From positions 1 to 56,761 of the forward strand of contig JBDRFX010000008.1 of NCBI GenBank assembly GCA_043818355.1: a stretch of DNA of 56,761 nt, written 5' to 3'. The stretch's first letter is position 1. Every line of letters begins with the position of its first letter. Position numbers and translations under genes: made by a program. The stretch comes from Patescibacteria group bacterium. Its GTDB lineage: Bacteria; Patescibacteriota; Minisyncoccia; Minisyncoccales; DG-74-3. Shown piece by piece: positions 35,809-44,203 of the stretch. The notes beneath the pieces are model-generated. The model was not told where the DNA came from. It saw only the letters and a program-made list of their open reading frames with translations, and made no database searches.

Positions 35809-37485
35809 ATGAAAGCAGTAGAAATAAGAGAAAAATTTTTAAAGTTTTTCGAAAAAAACGGACACACCATAGTTCTGTCTTCTTCGCTTATTCCGACTGA
35901 TCCCAGCGTTTTATTAACAACTGCTGGAATGCAACAGTTTAAGGATTATTTTTTAGGAAAACTTTCTCCATATGGAAACAGAGTAACTTCTTGTCAAAAA
36001 TCCTTTAGAACCTCTGACATTGAAGAAGTGGGAGATGAGAGACATCTAACTTTTTTTGAAATGATCGGAAATTTTAGTTTTGGAGATTATTTTAAAGAAG
36101 AAACTATTAAACTGGCATGGGATTTTATTTTTAATGAATTAAACCTTGATTTAGAAGAATGCTATTTTACTGTTTTTGAAGGAGATGACGAAGTTCCTTT
36201 TGATAAAGAATCATTTGATGTTTTAAAGAAATTAGGTGTTCCCGAAGAAAAAATTAAAAAAATGCCTAGGGGAGAAAATTTTTGGGGCCCCACTGGAGCG
36301 GAAGGTCCTTGCGGTCCTACTGTAGAAATTTACTGTAGAGATTTAGAAATTTGGAATTTAGTGTTCAATGAGTATTTTATGGATAAGGATAATAAATTAA
36401 CTCCTTTAAAACAAAGAGGCGTTGATACAGGAGCTGGACTAGAAAGAGTTGCTCTTATCATGCAAAGAAAAGAATCAGTTTTTGAAACAGACTTGTTCGA
36501 ACCCATAATGAGTCAGATTGTTGTTGGCAGTGAAGTTCAGAAAAGAATTATTGCAGATCATATTAAAAGTTCTGTGTTTTTAATTTCTGATGGAGTCTTG
36601 CCTTCTAATAAAGAAAGGGGATATATTTTAAGAAGATTAATTAGAAGAATGGTGGGAATTGAAAAATATTTGGAAATACCTACTAAATTTATTTTAAGTT
36701 TAGTTCCTTCTGTGTTGAGTATTTATAAAGATGTTTATCCTGAACTAAAAGAAGAAATAATTGTTAGCGTTCTTCAAGAAGAGATAGAAAAATTTGAACA
36801 AACTTTAGAAAAGGGATTAAAGCAATTTGAAAAAATTATTGAAAAAGGAGATATATCTGGAATTGATGCTTTTCATCTTTATGATACATATGGGTTTCCA
36901 CTGGATCTCACTATTGAATTAGCTCAAGAAAAGAATTTGAAAGTTGATAAAACGGGCTTTGAAAATGCTTTTGAAAAGCATCAAGAAATTTCTAGGGCTG
37001 GAGTAGAGAAGAAATTTGGAGGAGTTGGAAAAGGAGTCGGAGAAGAAGAAGCTAAATTACATACAGCCACTCACTTATTGCATCAAGCATTAAGAACTAT
37101 TTTGGGTGACCATATTCAGCAAATGGGATCTGATATTAATTCTGAAAGACTAAGATTTGATTTTTCTCATTCTGCGAAATTAACTGAAGAAGAAATTAAA
37201 AAAGTTGAAAATTTAATTAATCAAAAAATTGAAGAAGATTTAATTGTTGAAATGAAAGAAATGTTATACAAAGACGCAGTGAATGAAGGAGCATTAGTTT
37301 TCTTTAAAAATAAATATCCTGAAAAAGTTAATGTTTATTCTATTGGTGATTTTTCTAAAGAAATTTGTGGAGGTCCTCACGTTAAGAGGCTTTCTGAGTT
37401 GGGAAAATTTAAGATTATTAAAGAAGAATCTTCTTCCGCTGGAGTTAGAAGGATTAAGGCTCTTTTGGAACAATCGTCTTTCTGA
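35809..37485 (+). CDS. alaS: Alanine--tRNA ligase, shortened form (558 aa)
   Basis: N-terminal FL.FF...GH, TTAGMQQFK, FFEMIGNFSFGDYFK, editing-domain HTATHLLHQALR and CGGPHV. It ends soon after, with no C-Ala region. Confidence 0.88.
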   Translation: MKAVEIREKFLKFFEKNGHTIVLSSSLIPTDPSVLLTTAGMQQFKDYFLGKLSPYGNRVTSCQKSFRTSDIEEVGDERHLTFFEMIGNFSFGDYFKEETIKLAWDFIFNELNLDLEECYFTVFEGDDEVPFDKESFDVLKKLGVPEEKIKKMPRGENFWGPTGAEGPCGPTVEIYCRDLEIWNLVFNEYFMDKDNKLTPLKQRGVDTGAGLERVALIMQRKESVFETDLFEPIMSQIVVGSEVQKRIIADHIKSSVFLISDGVLPSNKERGYILRRLIRRMVGIEKYLEIPTKFILSLVPSVLSIYKDVYPELKEEIIVSVLQEEIEKFEQTLEKGLKQFEKIIEKGDISGIDAFHLYDTYGFPLDLTIELAQEKNLKVDKTGFENAFEKHQEISRAGVEKKFGGVGKGVGEEEAKLHTATHLLHQALRTILGDHIQQMGSDINSERLRFDFSHSAKLTEEEIKKVENLINQKIEEDLIVEMKEMLYKDAVNEGALVFFKNKYPEKVNVYSIGDFSKEICGGPHVKRLSELGKFKIIKEESSSAGVRRIKALLEQSSF

Positions 37486-37497
37486 TATAATACTTCA

Positions 37498-38763
37498 ATG
37501 GTAAAAAAACTCATAGATATTTTTCCCCCAGAGGAAATAGAAGATAAAAAATTAATCACTACAGAAGAAATTCTTCTGGAAGAAAAGATACCAGGGATTT
37601 CTTTGGATGTTCCTAAAATTTCTCTTCCCAACAAGAAACGTTTATTTTTTGTATTAGTGGCAGTTTTTTCTTTTTTTGGATTATTATCTTTATCTAAAGC
37701 CAAAATTGAAATTTATCCTAAAACTGAAATCGTAGATTTTTCTACCAGTTTAAAAGTAAACGAAAAAACAAAAGAAATAAATTTATCTTCTTTATCAATT
37801 CCAGGACAGGTCTTGGAAAATACGAAAATTATTACAGAAGAATTTAGTTCAACCGGCAAAACTATCAAAGAAGGAAAAGCAACAGGTATTATTCGTGTGT
37901 ATAATTCTTATTCAGCAGAACCTCAATCTCTTATTGCTACCACTAGATTTGTTTCTAAAGATGGGAAAGTGTTTAGAACGCCCAAAAAGGTAACTATTCC
38001 AGGTCAAAAAATTGATAAAGGAGAAAAAATACCAGGTTTTTTAGATGTTGAAGTAGAGGCTGAAGAGACTGGAGAAGATTATAATATAGGAACGTCTACG
38101 TTCTCTATTCCTGGACTTGCAGGTGGTCCCAAGTATACTTATTTTTATGGTAAGTCTTTTCAATCAATGTCTGGAGGGCATAAACAGGAAACAAATCAAA
38201 TTAGTCAAGATGATTTAGATAATGCTAAGAATATTCTTGAAAAAAAATCCAAAGAAGATTGTAAGACAGAACTAGAGGGAATGGTTTTGGTGGGATATGT
38301 TTTATTGCCCGAAACACTTGAAGTCAAAGTAGTTGATTCGGGATCTATTTCTAAAGCAGGACAAATATCAGATAATTTTATTTTTAGAGCGAGAGCTGAA
38401 TGCAAAACAATTGTTTTTAAAAAAGAGGATGCTAATATTTTTACAGATCAATACATTTCTTCTAAAATTGAAGAAGATAAAAAAGTATATGGACCAAGCA
38501 TTGAAATAGTTTATGACTTAGGGGTAATAGATTTTGAATTGGGTAGTGCTCAATTCGTTATAGACACTAAAGCTAAAATATATTCTGATATTAATGAAGA
38601 GGTTTTGAAAATAGCTCTCAAGGGGAAAACTTTTAATGAGGCAAGGTTTTATTTAATGGGTAACGATAATATAGAGGAAGCAACAGTAGAATTTTCACCT
38701 TTTTGGGTAAGCAAAGTGCCTAAGGATGACAAAAATATTGAAATCAAGTTCATCATTGACTAA
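37498..38763 (+). CDS. Hypothetical membrane-anchored, probably extracytoplasmic 421-aa protein
   Basis: Single TM (FFVLVAVFSFFGLLSL) after an acidic N-terminus. Beta-rich remainder. I cannot assign a family by eye. Confidence 0.5.
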   Translation: MVKKLIDIFPPEEIEDKKLITTEEILLEEKIPGISLDVPKISLPNKKRLFFVLVAVFSFFGLLSLSKAKIEIYPKTEIVDFSTSLKVNEKTKEINLSSLSIPGQVLENTKIITEEFSSTGKTIKEGKATGIIRVYNSYSAEPQSLIATTRFVSKDGKVFRTPKKVTIPGQKIDKGEKIPGFLDVEVEAEETGEDYNIGTSTFSIPGLAGGPKYTYFYGKSFQSMSGGHKQETNQISQDDLDNAKNILEKKSKEDCKTELEGMVLVGYVLLPETLEVKVVDSGSISKAGQISDNFIFRARAECKTIVFKKEDANIFTDQYISSKIEEDKKVYGPSIEIVYDLGVIDFELGSAQFVIDTKAKIYSDINEEVLKIALKGKTFNEARFYLMGNDNIEEATVEFSPFWVSKVPKDDKNIEIKFIID

Positions 38764-38802
38764 TTTCAAAATATTTGTTAGCCTTGAAATATTAAATTAT
38801 CA

Positions 38803-39024
38803 ATGAAACAAAACATTTTAAGGAAACAAGGTATCGTTTTGGAATCACTGCCAAATACTCTTTTTCGTGTCAAGCTGGAAGATGGTAAGGAGGTTTTAGC
38901 TCATTTAGCTGGCAAATTAAGAGTTTTTAGAATAAAGATTTTGATTGGTGACGAAGTTACAGTTGAAATGACTCCCTATGACGTGAATAGGGGAAGAATA
39001 GTTTATAGAGGTAAAAAAAGATAA
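38803..39024 (+). CDS. infA: Translation initiation factor IF-1
   Basis: G.V.E.LPN..FRV.LE.G..VLAH..GK.R..RI.I..GD.V.VE..PYD...GRI.YR. Confidence 0.95.
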   Translation: MKQNILRKQGIVLESLPNTLFRVKLEDGKEVLAHLAGKLRVFRIKILIGDEVTVEMTPYDVNRGRIVYRGKKR

Positions 39025-39028
39025 TTTT

Positions 39029-39142
39029 ATGAAAGTGAGACCATCGGTAAAAAAAATTTGTAAAGATTGTAAAATTGTCCGCAGAGGGGGCAGGGTTTAT
39101 GTGATTTGCAAAAACCCAAAACATAAACAACGTCAAGGATAA
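39029..39142 (+). CDS. rpmJ: 50S ribosomal protein L36 (zinc form)
   Basis: [40 protein letters not shown] 39029 to TAA 39140-42. Too short for the track. Confidence 0.92.
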   Translation: MKVRPSVKKICKDCKIVRRGGRVYVICKNPKHKQRQG

Positions 39143-39148
39143 AAAATT

Positions 39149-39538
39149 ATGGCAAGAATTGCAGGGATTAATATCCCAGATAATAAAAAAATATTAATTT
39201 CATTAACTTATATATTTGGGATAGGAAGAGTTTTGAGTTCAGAGATTTTAAAGGCAGCTAATATTGATCCTATTAAAAAAACCTCTGAATTATTACCAGA
39301 AGAAACCAATAAATTAAGAGAGGTTATTGAAAAAAATTATAAGATTGAGGGTAATTTAAAAAGAGAATTATTGACTAACATTAAGAGGTTGAGAGACATT
39401 GGTAGCTATAGAGGAAGTCGTCATGCCAAAGGATTGCCTGCGAGAGGTCAGAAAACTAAAACTAATTCAAGGACTGTAAGGGGGAATGTGAGAAAGACTG
39501 TTGGTTCCGGAAGAAAACCACCTCCAGCAGCAAAGTAA
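39149..39538 (+). CDS. rpsM: 30S ribosomal protein S13
   Basis: MARIAGINIP, GSYRG.RH..GLP.RGQ.T. Confidence 0.95.
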   Translation: MARIAGINIPDNKKILISLTYIFGIGRVLSSEILKAANIDPIKKTSELLPEETNKLREVIEKNYKIEGNLKRELLTNIKRLRDIGSYRGSRHAKGLPARGQKTKTNSRTVRGNVRKTVGSGRKPPPAAK

Positions 39539-39548
39539 AAATAATCAA

Positions 39549-39998
39549 ATGGGGAAGAAACGTATTATACAACAAAGCAAAGAAGAGTTATTGAAGGAGA
39601 CAAGCAATATAGAGTCAAAACTTAAAAAAGAAGTTAAAAAAACCTCTAAAAATATTGGAGAGGCTAAAATTTATATTCACTCCACCTACAATAACACAAT
39701 TTTAACCCTTACTGACACTAATGGTAATGTTTTGTATTGGAGTTCATCTGGCGCAGTTGGATTTAAGGGAACAAAAAAGGGAACACCTTTTGCAGCCTCT
39801 AAGGTAGCTGAAACAATTTGCCAGACCGCAGAAAAAATGAATATTAAAAAAATAGCCATTGTTTTAAAAGGAATTGGAGCTGGTAGAGATTCTGCTATTC
39901 GTTCAATAGCTGCTAAAGGATTTGATGTAGTTTCTATTACTGACGTAACACCTGTTCCGCATAATGGTTGCAGAAGACGTAAACCAAGAAGATTATAA
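39549..39998 (+). CDS. rpsK: 30S ribosomal protein S11 with a short basic N-terminal extension
   Basis: IHSTYNNTILTLTD, ITDVTPVPHNGCR. ATG 39549 is preferred over track start 39501. Confidence 0.93.
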   Translation: MGKKRIIQQSKEELLKETSNIESKLKKEVKKTSKNIGEAKIYIHSTYNNTILTLTDTNGNVLYWSSSGAVGFKGTKKGTPFAASKVAETICQTAEKMNIKKIAIVLKGIGAGRDSAIRSIAAKGFDVVSITDVTPVPHNGCRRRKPRRL

Positions 39999-40008
39999 TT
40001 TTTTAGCT

Positions 40009-40638
40009 ATGAAAACTGATAAATGTAAAATTTGTAGAAGGGCGGGGGATAAACTTTTCTTGAAAGGAGACAGGTGTAATTCTGTTAAATGTTCTATGAT
40101 TAGGAAACCCTATGCTCCCGGTCAAAAAGGAAAAAGAAGACCAAAGCCACTTTCTGAATATGGAAAGCAATTGAAGGAAAAACAGAAACTTAAAAACTGG
40201 TATAACTTAAGAGAAACACAATTTAGTAATTATGTTAAAAGTGTTTTGGAAAAAAAGAGTGGAGCCGAAGATGCACCAGTAAAGTTAATTCAACTTTTAG
40301 AGAAAAGACTAGATAATGTTATTTTTAGGCTTGGATTTGCCGCTTCTCGTAATAAAGCTAGGCAGATAGTTTCTCATAGACATATTTTAGTTAATGGTAG
40401 AATTGTTAATATTTCATCTTTTTCTGTTAAAAAAGATGATAAAATTCAAATTAGACCATCTTCTGTGAATAAACCAATTTTTAAAGATTTGGCTGCTAGT
40501 TTAAAAAAATATGTTACACCCAGTTGGTTACTTTTAAAAATTGATCAATTTGAGGGAACAGTAAAATTAGAGCCAGTTCTTGAAGAAGCTGCTCCACCTA
40601 TTGAATTATCATCTGTGTTCGAATTTTACTCAAAGTAG
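40009..40638 (+). CDS. rpsD: 30S ribosomal protein S4 (zinc-finger form)
   Basis: CKICRR...CNSVKC, S4 domain RLDNVIFRLGFA.SR..ARQ...H. ATG 40009 is preferred over track start 39964. Confidence 0.94.
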   Translation: MKTDKCKICRRAGDKLFLKGDRCNSVKCSMIRKPYAPGQKGKRRPKPLSEYGKQLKEKQKLKNWYNLRETQFSNYVKSVLEKKSGAEDAPVKLIQLLEKRLDNVIFRLGFAASRNKARQIVSHRHILVNGRIVNISSFSVKKDDKIQIRPSSVNKPIFKDLAASLKKYVTPSWLLLKIDQFEGTVKLEPVLEEAAPPIELSSVFEFYSK

Positions 40639-40670
40639 TATTTATTTAATATTAATTAAAAAGATACAAT

Positions 40671-41477
40671 ATGATTTCTTATCCAAAAAAACCTCAAATT
40701 ATTGAGCAAAAGGATAATTGGGCAAAATTTCAAATAGAAGATCTTTATCCTGGGTATGGGGTAACTGTTGGAAACAGTCTTAGAAGGGTTTTACTTTCAT
40801 CTCTTCCTGGATCAGCCATAACTCAGATGAAAATTACAAATGTTCCTCATGAATTTTCAACTCTACCTGGCGTATTGGAAGATATTATTTTAATAATGCA
40901 GAATTTGAAAGAAATTAGTTTTAAAGTTCATGGGGACGAACCACAAATAGGAGTATTAAAGATTAAGGGAGAAAAAGAGATTAAAGCTTCTGATTTTAAA
41001 TTACCAAGTCAGGTTGAATTGATTAATAAAGATTGTCATGTAGCTACTTTGACCAGAAAAACCGCTGAACTAGAAATGGAAGTTAAAATTGAAAAAGGAG
41101 TTGGATATGTTCCAAGAGAAAACAGAAATAAAGAAAAACTTGAGATAGGAGCCATATTGCTTGATGCAATTTTCTCTCCAGTTCAAAAAGTGAGTTTTAG
41201 AGTAGAGAATATGAGAGTGGGAAACAGAACAGATTTTGATAGATTATTTTTAGAAATTGAGACAAACGGAACTATTACACCAGAAGAAGCTTTGAATCAA
41301 TCTTCAGAAATTTTAGTAAAACATTTTTCTTTAGTTGAAACATTGAATGGTAAGAAAGAGAAAAAGGCAGTCGAAGAAAAGGTTCCAGTTAAGAAAGAAG
41401 AAAAAAAGACAGTAAAAACTAAAAAAGCTGTTATTAAAAAAGATGAGAAAAAGAATAAAAGGAAGAAAGTTAAATAG
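40671..41477 (+). CDS. rpoA: DNA-directed RNA polymerase alpha subunit: N-terminal domain followed by a Lys-rich tail, no recognisable C-terminal domain
   Basis: GNSLRRVLLSSLPG, NTD through about residue 220, then a ~45-aa K/E-rich low-complexity stretch. 268 aa in total. Confidence 0.88.
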   Translation: MISYPKKPQIIEQKDNWAKFQIEDLYPGYGVTVGNSLRRVLLSSLPGSAITQMKITNVPHEFSTLPGVLEDIILIMQNLKEISFKVHGDEPQIGVLKIKGEKEIKASDFKLPSQVELINKDCHVATLTRKTAELEMEVKIEKGVGYVPRENRNKEKLEIGAILLDAIFSPVQKVSFRVENMRVGNRTDFDRLFLEIETNGTITPEEALNQSSEILVKHFSLVETLNGKKEKKAVEEKVPVKKEEKKTVKTKKAVIKKDEKKNKRKKVK

Positions 41478-41790
41478 AGAATCCTCTCAAAGGAAGGCAT
41501 TGTTGAAGAGCTTGGCCAGAGCATTGTTTTTGAGTGGAAAAATTAAAACCACCCAAGCAAAAGCTAAAGAATTATCAGGTGTTGCAGAAAAAATAATTAC
41601 TAGAGCTAAGAAGGGGGATTTAGCCTCAAAAAGATTGCTTTTAAAAACACAATCTCTCAAAATTGTTAAAAAATTGATTGAAGAGATTGCTCCAAAGTAT
41701 ATGAAAAGAGCAGGAGGTTATACTAGAATTATTAAAACTGTTCCCAGAAAGTCAGACGCATCAAAGATGGCAATAATCGAATTAGTATAA
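41443..41790 (+). CDS. rplQ: 50S ribosomal protein L17
   Basis: MRKRIKGRKLNRESSQRKAL matches the conserved L17 N-terminus. Overlaps the rpoA 3' end by 35 nt in another frame. Confidence 0.92.
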   Translation: MRKRIKGRKLNRESSQRKALLKSLARALFLSGKIKTTQAKAKELSGVAEKIITRAKKGDLASKRLLLKTQSLKIVKKLIEEIAPKYMKRAGGYTRIIKTVPRKSDASKMAIIELV

Positions 41791-41803
41791 GCACTAAAAG
41801 AAT

Positions 41804-42151
41804 ATGCAAAGAGAAACACATACAATTAATGCCGAAGGCAGAATATTAGGAAGACTAGCTACTGAGGTAGCCGTTCTTCTGAGAGGAAAAGGAAAGCCTG
41901 ATTTTGCACTAAATAAAGAAATTGGAGATATTGTAGTTATTGAAAATGTTGACAAGATGAAATTTACAGGCAAGAAATTAGACCAGAAGACATATTTTAG
42001 ACATTCAGGATATATTGGAGGAACAACAGAAGTACCTCTTAGGGTTTTATTTGAAAAAAGACCAGGAGAGGTTTTGAAAAAAGCTGTTTGGGGAATGCTA
42101 CCCAAAAACAAGCTAAGACAGATTCAAATTAAAAGATTAAAATTTAAGTAA
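41804..42151 (+). CDS. rplM: 50S ribosomal protein L13 (short, 115 aa)
   Basis: GRLAT.VA..LRGK.KP; Y.RHSGY.GG. Confidence 0.92.
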   Translation: MQRETHTINAEGRILGRLATEVAVLLRGKGKPDFALNKEIGDIVVIENVDKMKFTGKKLDQKTYFRHSGYIGGTTEVPLRVLFEKRPGEVLKKAVWGMLPKNKLRQIQIKRLKFK

Positions 42152-42152
42152 A

Positions 42153-42719
42153 ATGGCAGAGAAAAAAGAGAAAAAAATTATTGAAAAGATTGACAAAACC
42201 CCCTTAAAAGCCGTGAAGAAAATTATTAAGGCCAAAGTAGCAATTAAAAAAGCTGTGAAAAAGCCTGTTAAAGTTGCAAAGAAAAAAGTTGTTATAGAGA
42301 AAACGGTGAAGAAAGACAAAGTCATCAAGGGAGAATATTTTGAAGCTGTTGGGAGAAGAAAAACGGCAGTAGCCAGGGTAAGATTATATATTAAGGGCGA
42401 TAAAGAAATTATTGTTAACAATAAAACTTTTAAAGAATATTTTCCTACATTTGAATTACAAGAAATAGTTAAGTCTCCCTTAATTATAATGGAGTTTGAA
42501 GATAAATTTAGAATCACTGTTATATTAAAAGGCGGAGGAGTATCATCTCAAGCTGAAGCTTTAAGGCATGGAATTACTAGAGCTATAGAAATTTATGATC
42601 CTGAATCTAGGCAAAAATTGAAACAAGCAGGATTCTTGACCAGAGATTCTAGAATGAGAGAGAGAAAGAAACCTGGATTGAAGCGTGCCAGAAAAGCACC
42701 ACAATGGTCAAAGAGATAA
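42153..42719 (+). CDS. rpsI: 30S ribosomal protein S9 with a ~60-aa Lys-rich N-terminal extension
   Basis: GRRKTAVARV core, C-terminal RERKKPGLKRARKAPQWSKR. Confidence 0.93.
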   Translation: MAEKKEKKIIEKIDKTPLKAVKKIIKAKVAIKKAVKKPVKVAKKKVVIEKTVKKDKVIKGEYFEAVGRRKTAVARVRLYIKGDKEIIVNNKTFKEYFPTFELQEIVKSPLIIMEFEDKFRITVILKGGGVSSQAEALRHGITRAIEIYDPESRQKLKQAGFLTRDSRMRERKKPGLKRARKAPQWSKR

Positions 42720-42754
42720 TAGAAATTACGATGAGCTTAGCTTAGTAGATTAAT

Positions 42755-44035
42755 TTAGGGAATTAATTTTATAGATTGATAGATATTGTTGTCGCTTAAT
42801 ACGTATAGTTTTTTGTCAGACTGATTAAATATAATTTTGGGGTAATCAAAGATTGCTAAGTCAACCATATTAACGCCATTTCTTTCGTCTGTTTCGCCTA
42901 TTAGAACTTTATTGTTATTAGATAAAATAATATGATCAGAATCTAGCCAAGTAATGTCATTGATTTTTTCAGAAAGCCTAATTAAAAATATTTTATCTCC
43001 GGCTTTTTTATAGGGTTGAGATTTTTGATCTGCTAAAAACATAATCCAGACCTCATGTTCGGAAAAATATACTAATTTTTCTGAGTTGAAAGATTTTTTT
43101 ATTCCTTGGCAATCTTCAGCAAACAATTCAAAAGTTTTTGATTCTTCATCAAGCAAGTAAAGTTTCTCATTTTCTTTTAAAAAGATTAAGTTTCCTTGAA
43201 TTTCTAGAACATATTTTGTTTCTAGTTGAATTGGAAATGGACTTTCAGTTAACTTTATTTTTTCTTCAAAACTTTTGTTAGATTGAAAAAGATTACCATT
43301 ATTGTCTAGGCAATAATTTTTTTCTTCTAAGAATTTACATATAACAATGTTAACGAGTAGATTTTTTGGAGTTTTATCTTCTTGTAACGAAGAAGCTCCT
43401 TCGTCTATATTTAGAATAAAGTTTTTAATCTGCTCTTTCATCCCAATTTCTAAAAAAAGATTTTTAGAATCAGGAGACATCTCTAGACTTAATAGCTCGG
43501 CTCCTTTTGAATAAACTTCTTTTTCTTCCAGCAAATGGCTTTTGATTCTTTTGTCTGTATCATAAAGTTTTAGAGCCCATCCGTCATTATTTAATTCTTT
43601 GGTTATTATTTTTTTAGAATTTGGGATGGCATAAAAATCACTGACATTGGTTGATGTTATTTTAAATTCAGGATTTTCTGGGATTAAAAGGATATTTTCA
43701 AAGGCTATAACTTTTTTTTCTTCTACCCCTAATTGTTTATACCAAGAATGATACCCTTCTTTTTTAACAGTAACATTATATTTTTTAGGTATTAGGTTTT
43801 CAATTAAAGCTGAAGCAAAAAGAAAATCAGTTTTTTTTCTTAATTTAGAATTCAAATAAATTTCAGCTTCTTTTGGTTGAATTCTTAAAAACAAACCTCC
43901 TGTTTGCGTGATTTTTATATCTCCAGAGTTTAAATCTATTCTATAACCCTGAGAATAGAGCAAAGATAGTGGAGTTATAGTGATAAATAAAAAAAAGCAC
44001 AGTAAGAATAATAATTTTCTAAAGTTTCTATTCAT
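42755..44035 (-). CDS. Membrane-anchored PEGA-like domain protein with a beta-propeller-like C-terminal region
   Basis: N-terminal TM. PEGA-like IQPKEAEIYLN....KKYNVTVKKEGY. Repetitive beta-rich remainder. Confidence 0.55.
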   Translation of the reverse strand: MNRNFRKLLFLLCFFLFITITPLSLLYSQGYRIDLNSGDIKITQTGGLFLRIQPKEAEIYLNSKLRKKTDFLFASALIENLIPKKYNVTVKKEGYHSWYKQLGVEEKKVIAFENILLIPENPEFKITSTNVSDFYAIPNSKKIITKELNNDGWALKLYDTDKRIKSHLLEEKEVYSKGAELLSLEMSPDSKNLFLEIGMKEQIKNFILNIDEGASSLQEDKTPKNLLVNIVICKFLEEKNYCLDNNGNLFQSNKSFEEKIKLTESPFPIQLETKYVLEIQGNLIFLKENEKLYLLDEESKTFELFAEDCQGIKKSFNSEKLVYFSEHEVWIMFLADQKSQPYKKAGDKIFLIRLSEKINDITWLDSDHIILSNNNKVLIGETDERNGVNMVDLAIFDYPKIIFNQSDKKLYVLSDNNIYQSIKLIP

Positions 44036-44144
44036 ATTTTAAAATTATTAAAACAGCTTAATATATAGACATATTACACTAAATTAATCCCATATTACAG
44101 TTCCCAAGCAAAAATTCCATATTTTATTGGATAATTACCTCAAC

Positions 44145-44173
44145 TTGCTAATCTAATTAATTTTGGTTAGAAT
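44145..44173 (+). promoter_or_regulatory. Promoter TTGCTA-N17-TAGAAT ahead of the first mreB paralogue
   Basis: Hexamers and spacer read directly. Confidence 0.45.
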
Positions 44174-44203
44174 TAAAATAATCCTAAAACATAATTTACT
44201 AAA

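Noticed and set aside
15374-40008. Upstream-extended starts given by the track for rpsG (15374), rplE (25368), rplF (26616), rplR (27115), rpsK (39501), rpsD (39964), the ComEC-like gene (11779) and the transposase (31374)
   Set aside because: The extensions overlap the preceding gene or a terminator. In each case the conserved protein N-terminus begins at an internal ATG just after the upstream stop codon.
41443-41477. The 35-nt rpoA/rplQ overlap considered as a programmed frameshift or fusion
   Set aside because: rplQ begins with the conserved L17 N-terminus (MRKRIKGRKLNR) at its own ATG, and rpoA reaches a normal stop. An overlap of adjacent genes explains it.
21068-42330. Lys/Glu-rich coding stretches (AAA/GAA/AAG runs) in rplW, rplV, rpsC, rpoA and rpsI, considered as tandem DNA repeats or CRISPR-like arrays
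   Set aside because: There is no fixed repeat length or conserved repeat sequence. They are in frame within r-protein genes and read as low-complexity tails. I saw no CRISPR array anywhere in the window.
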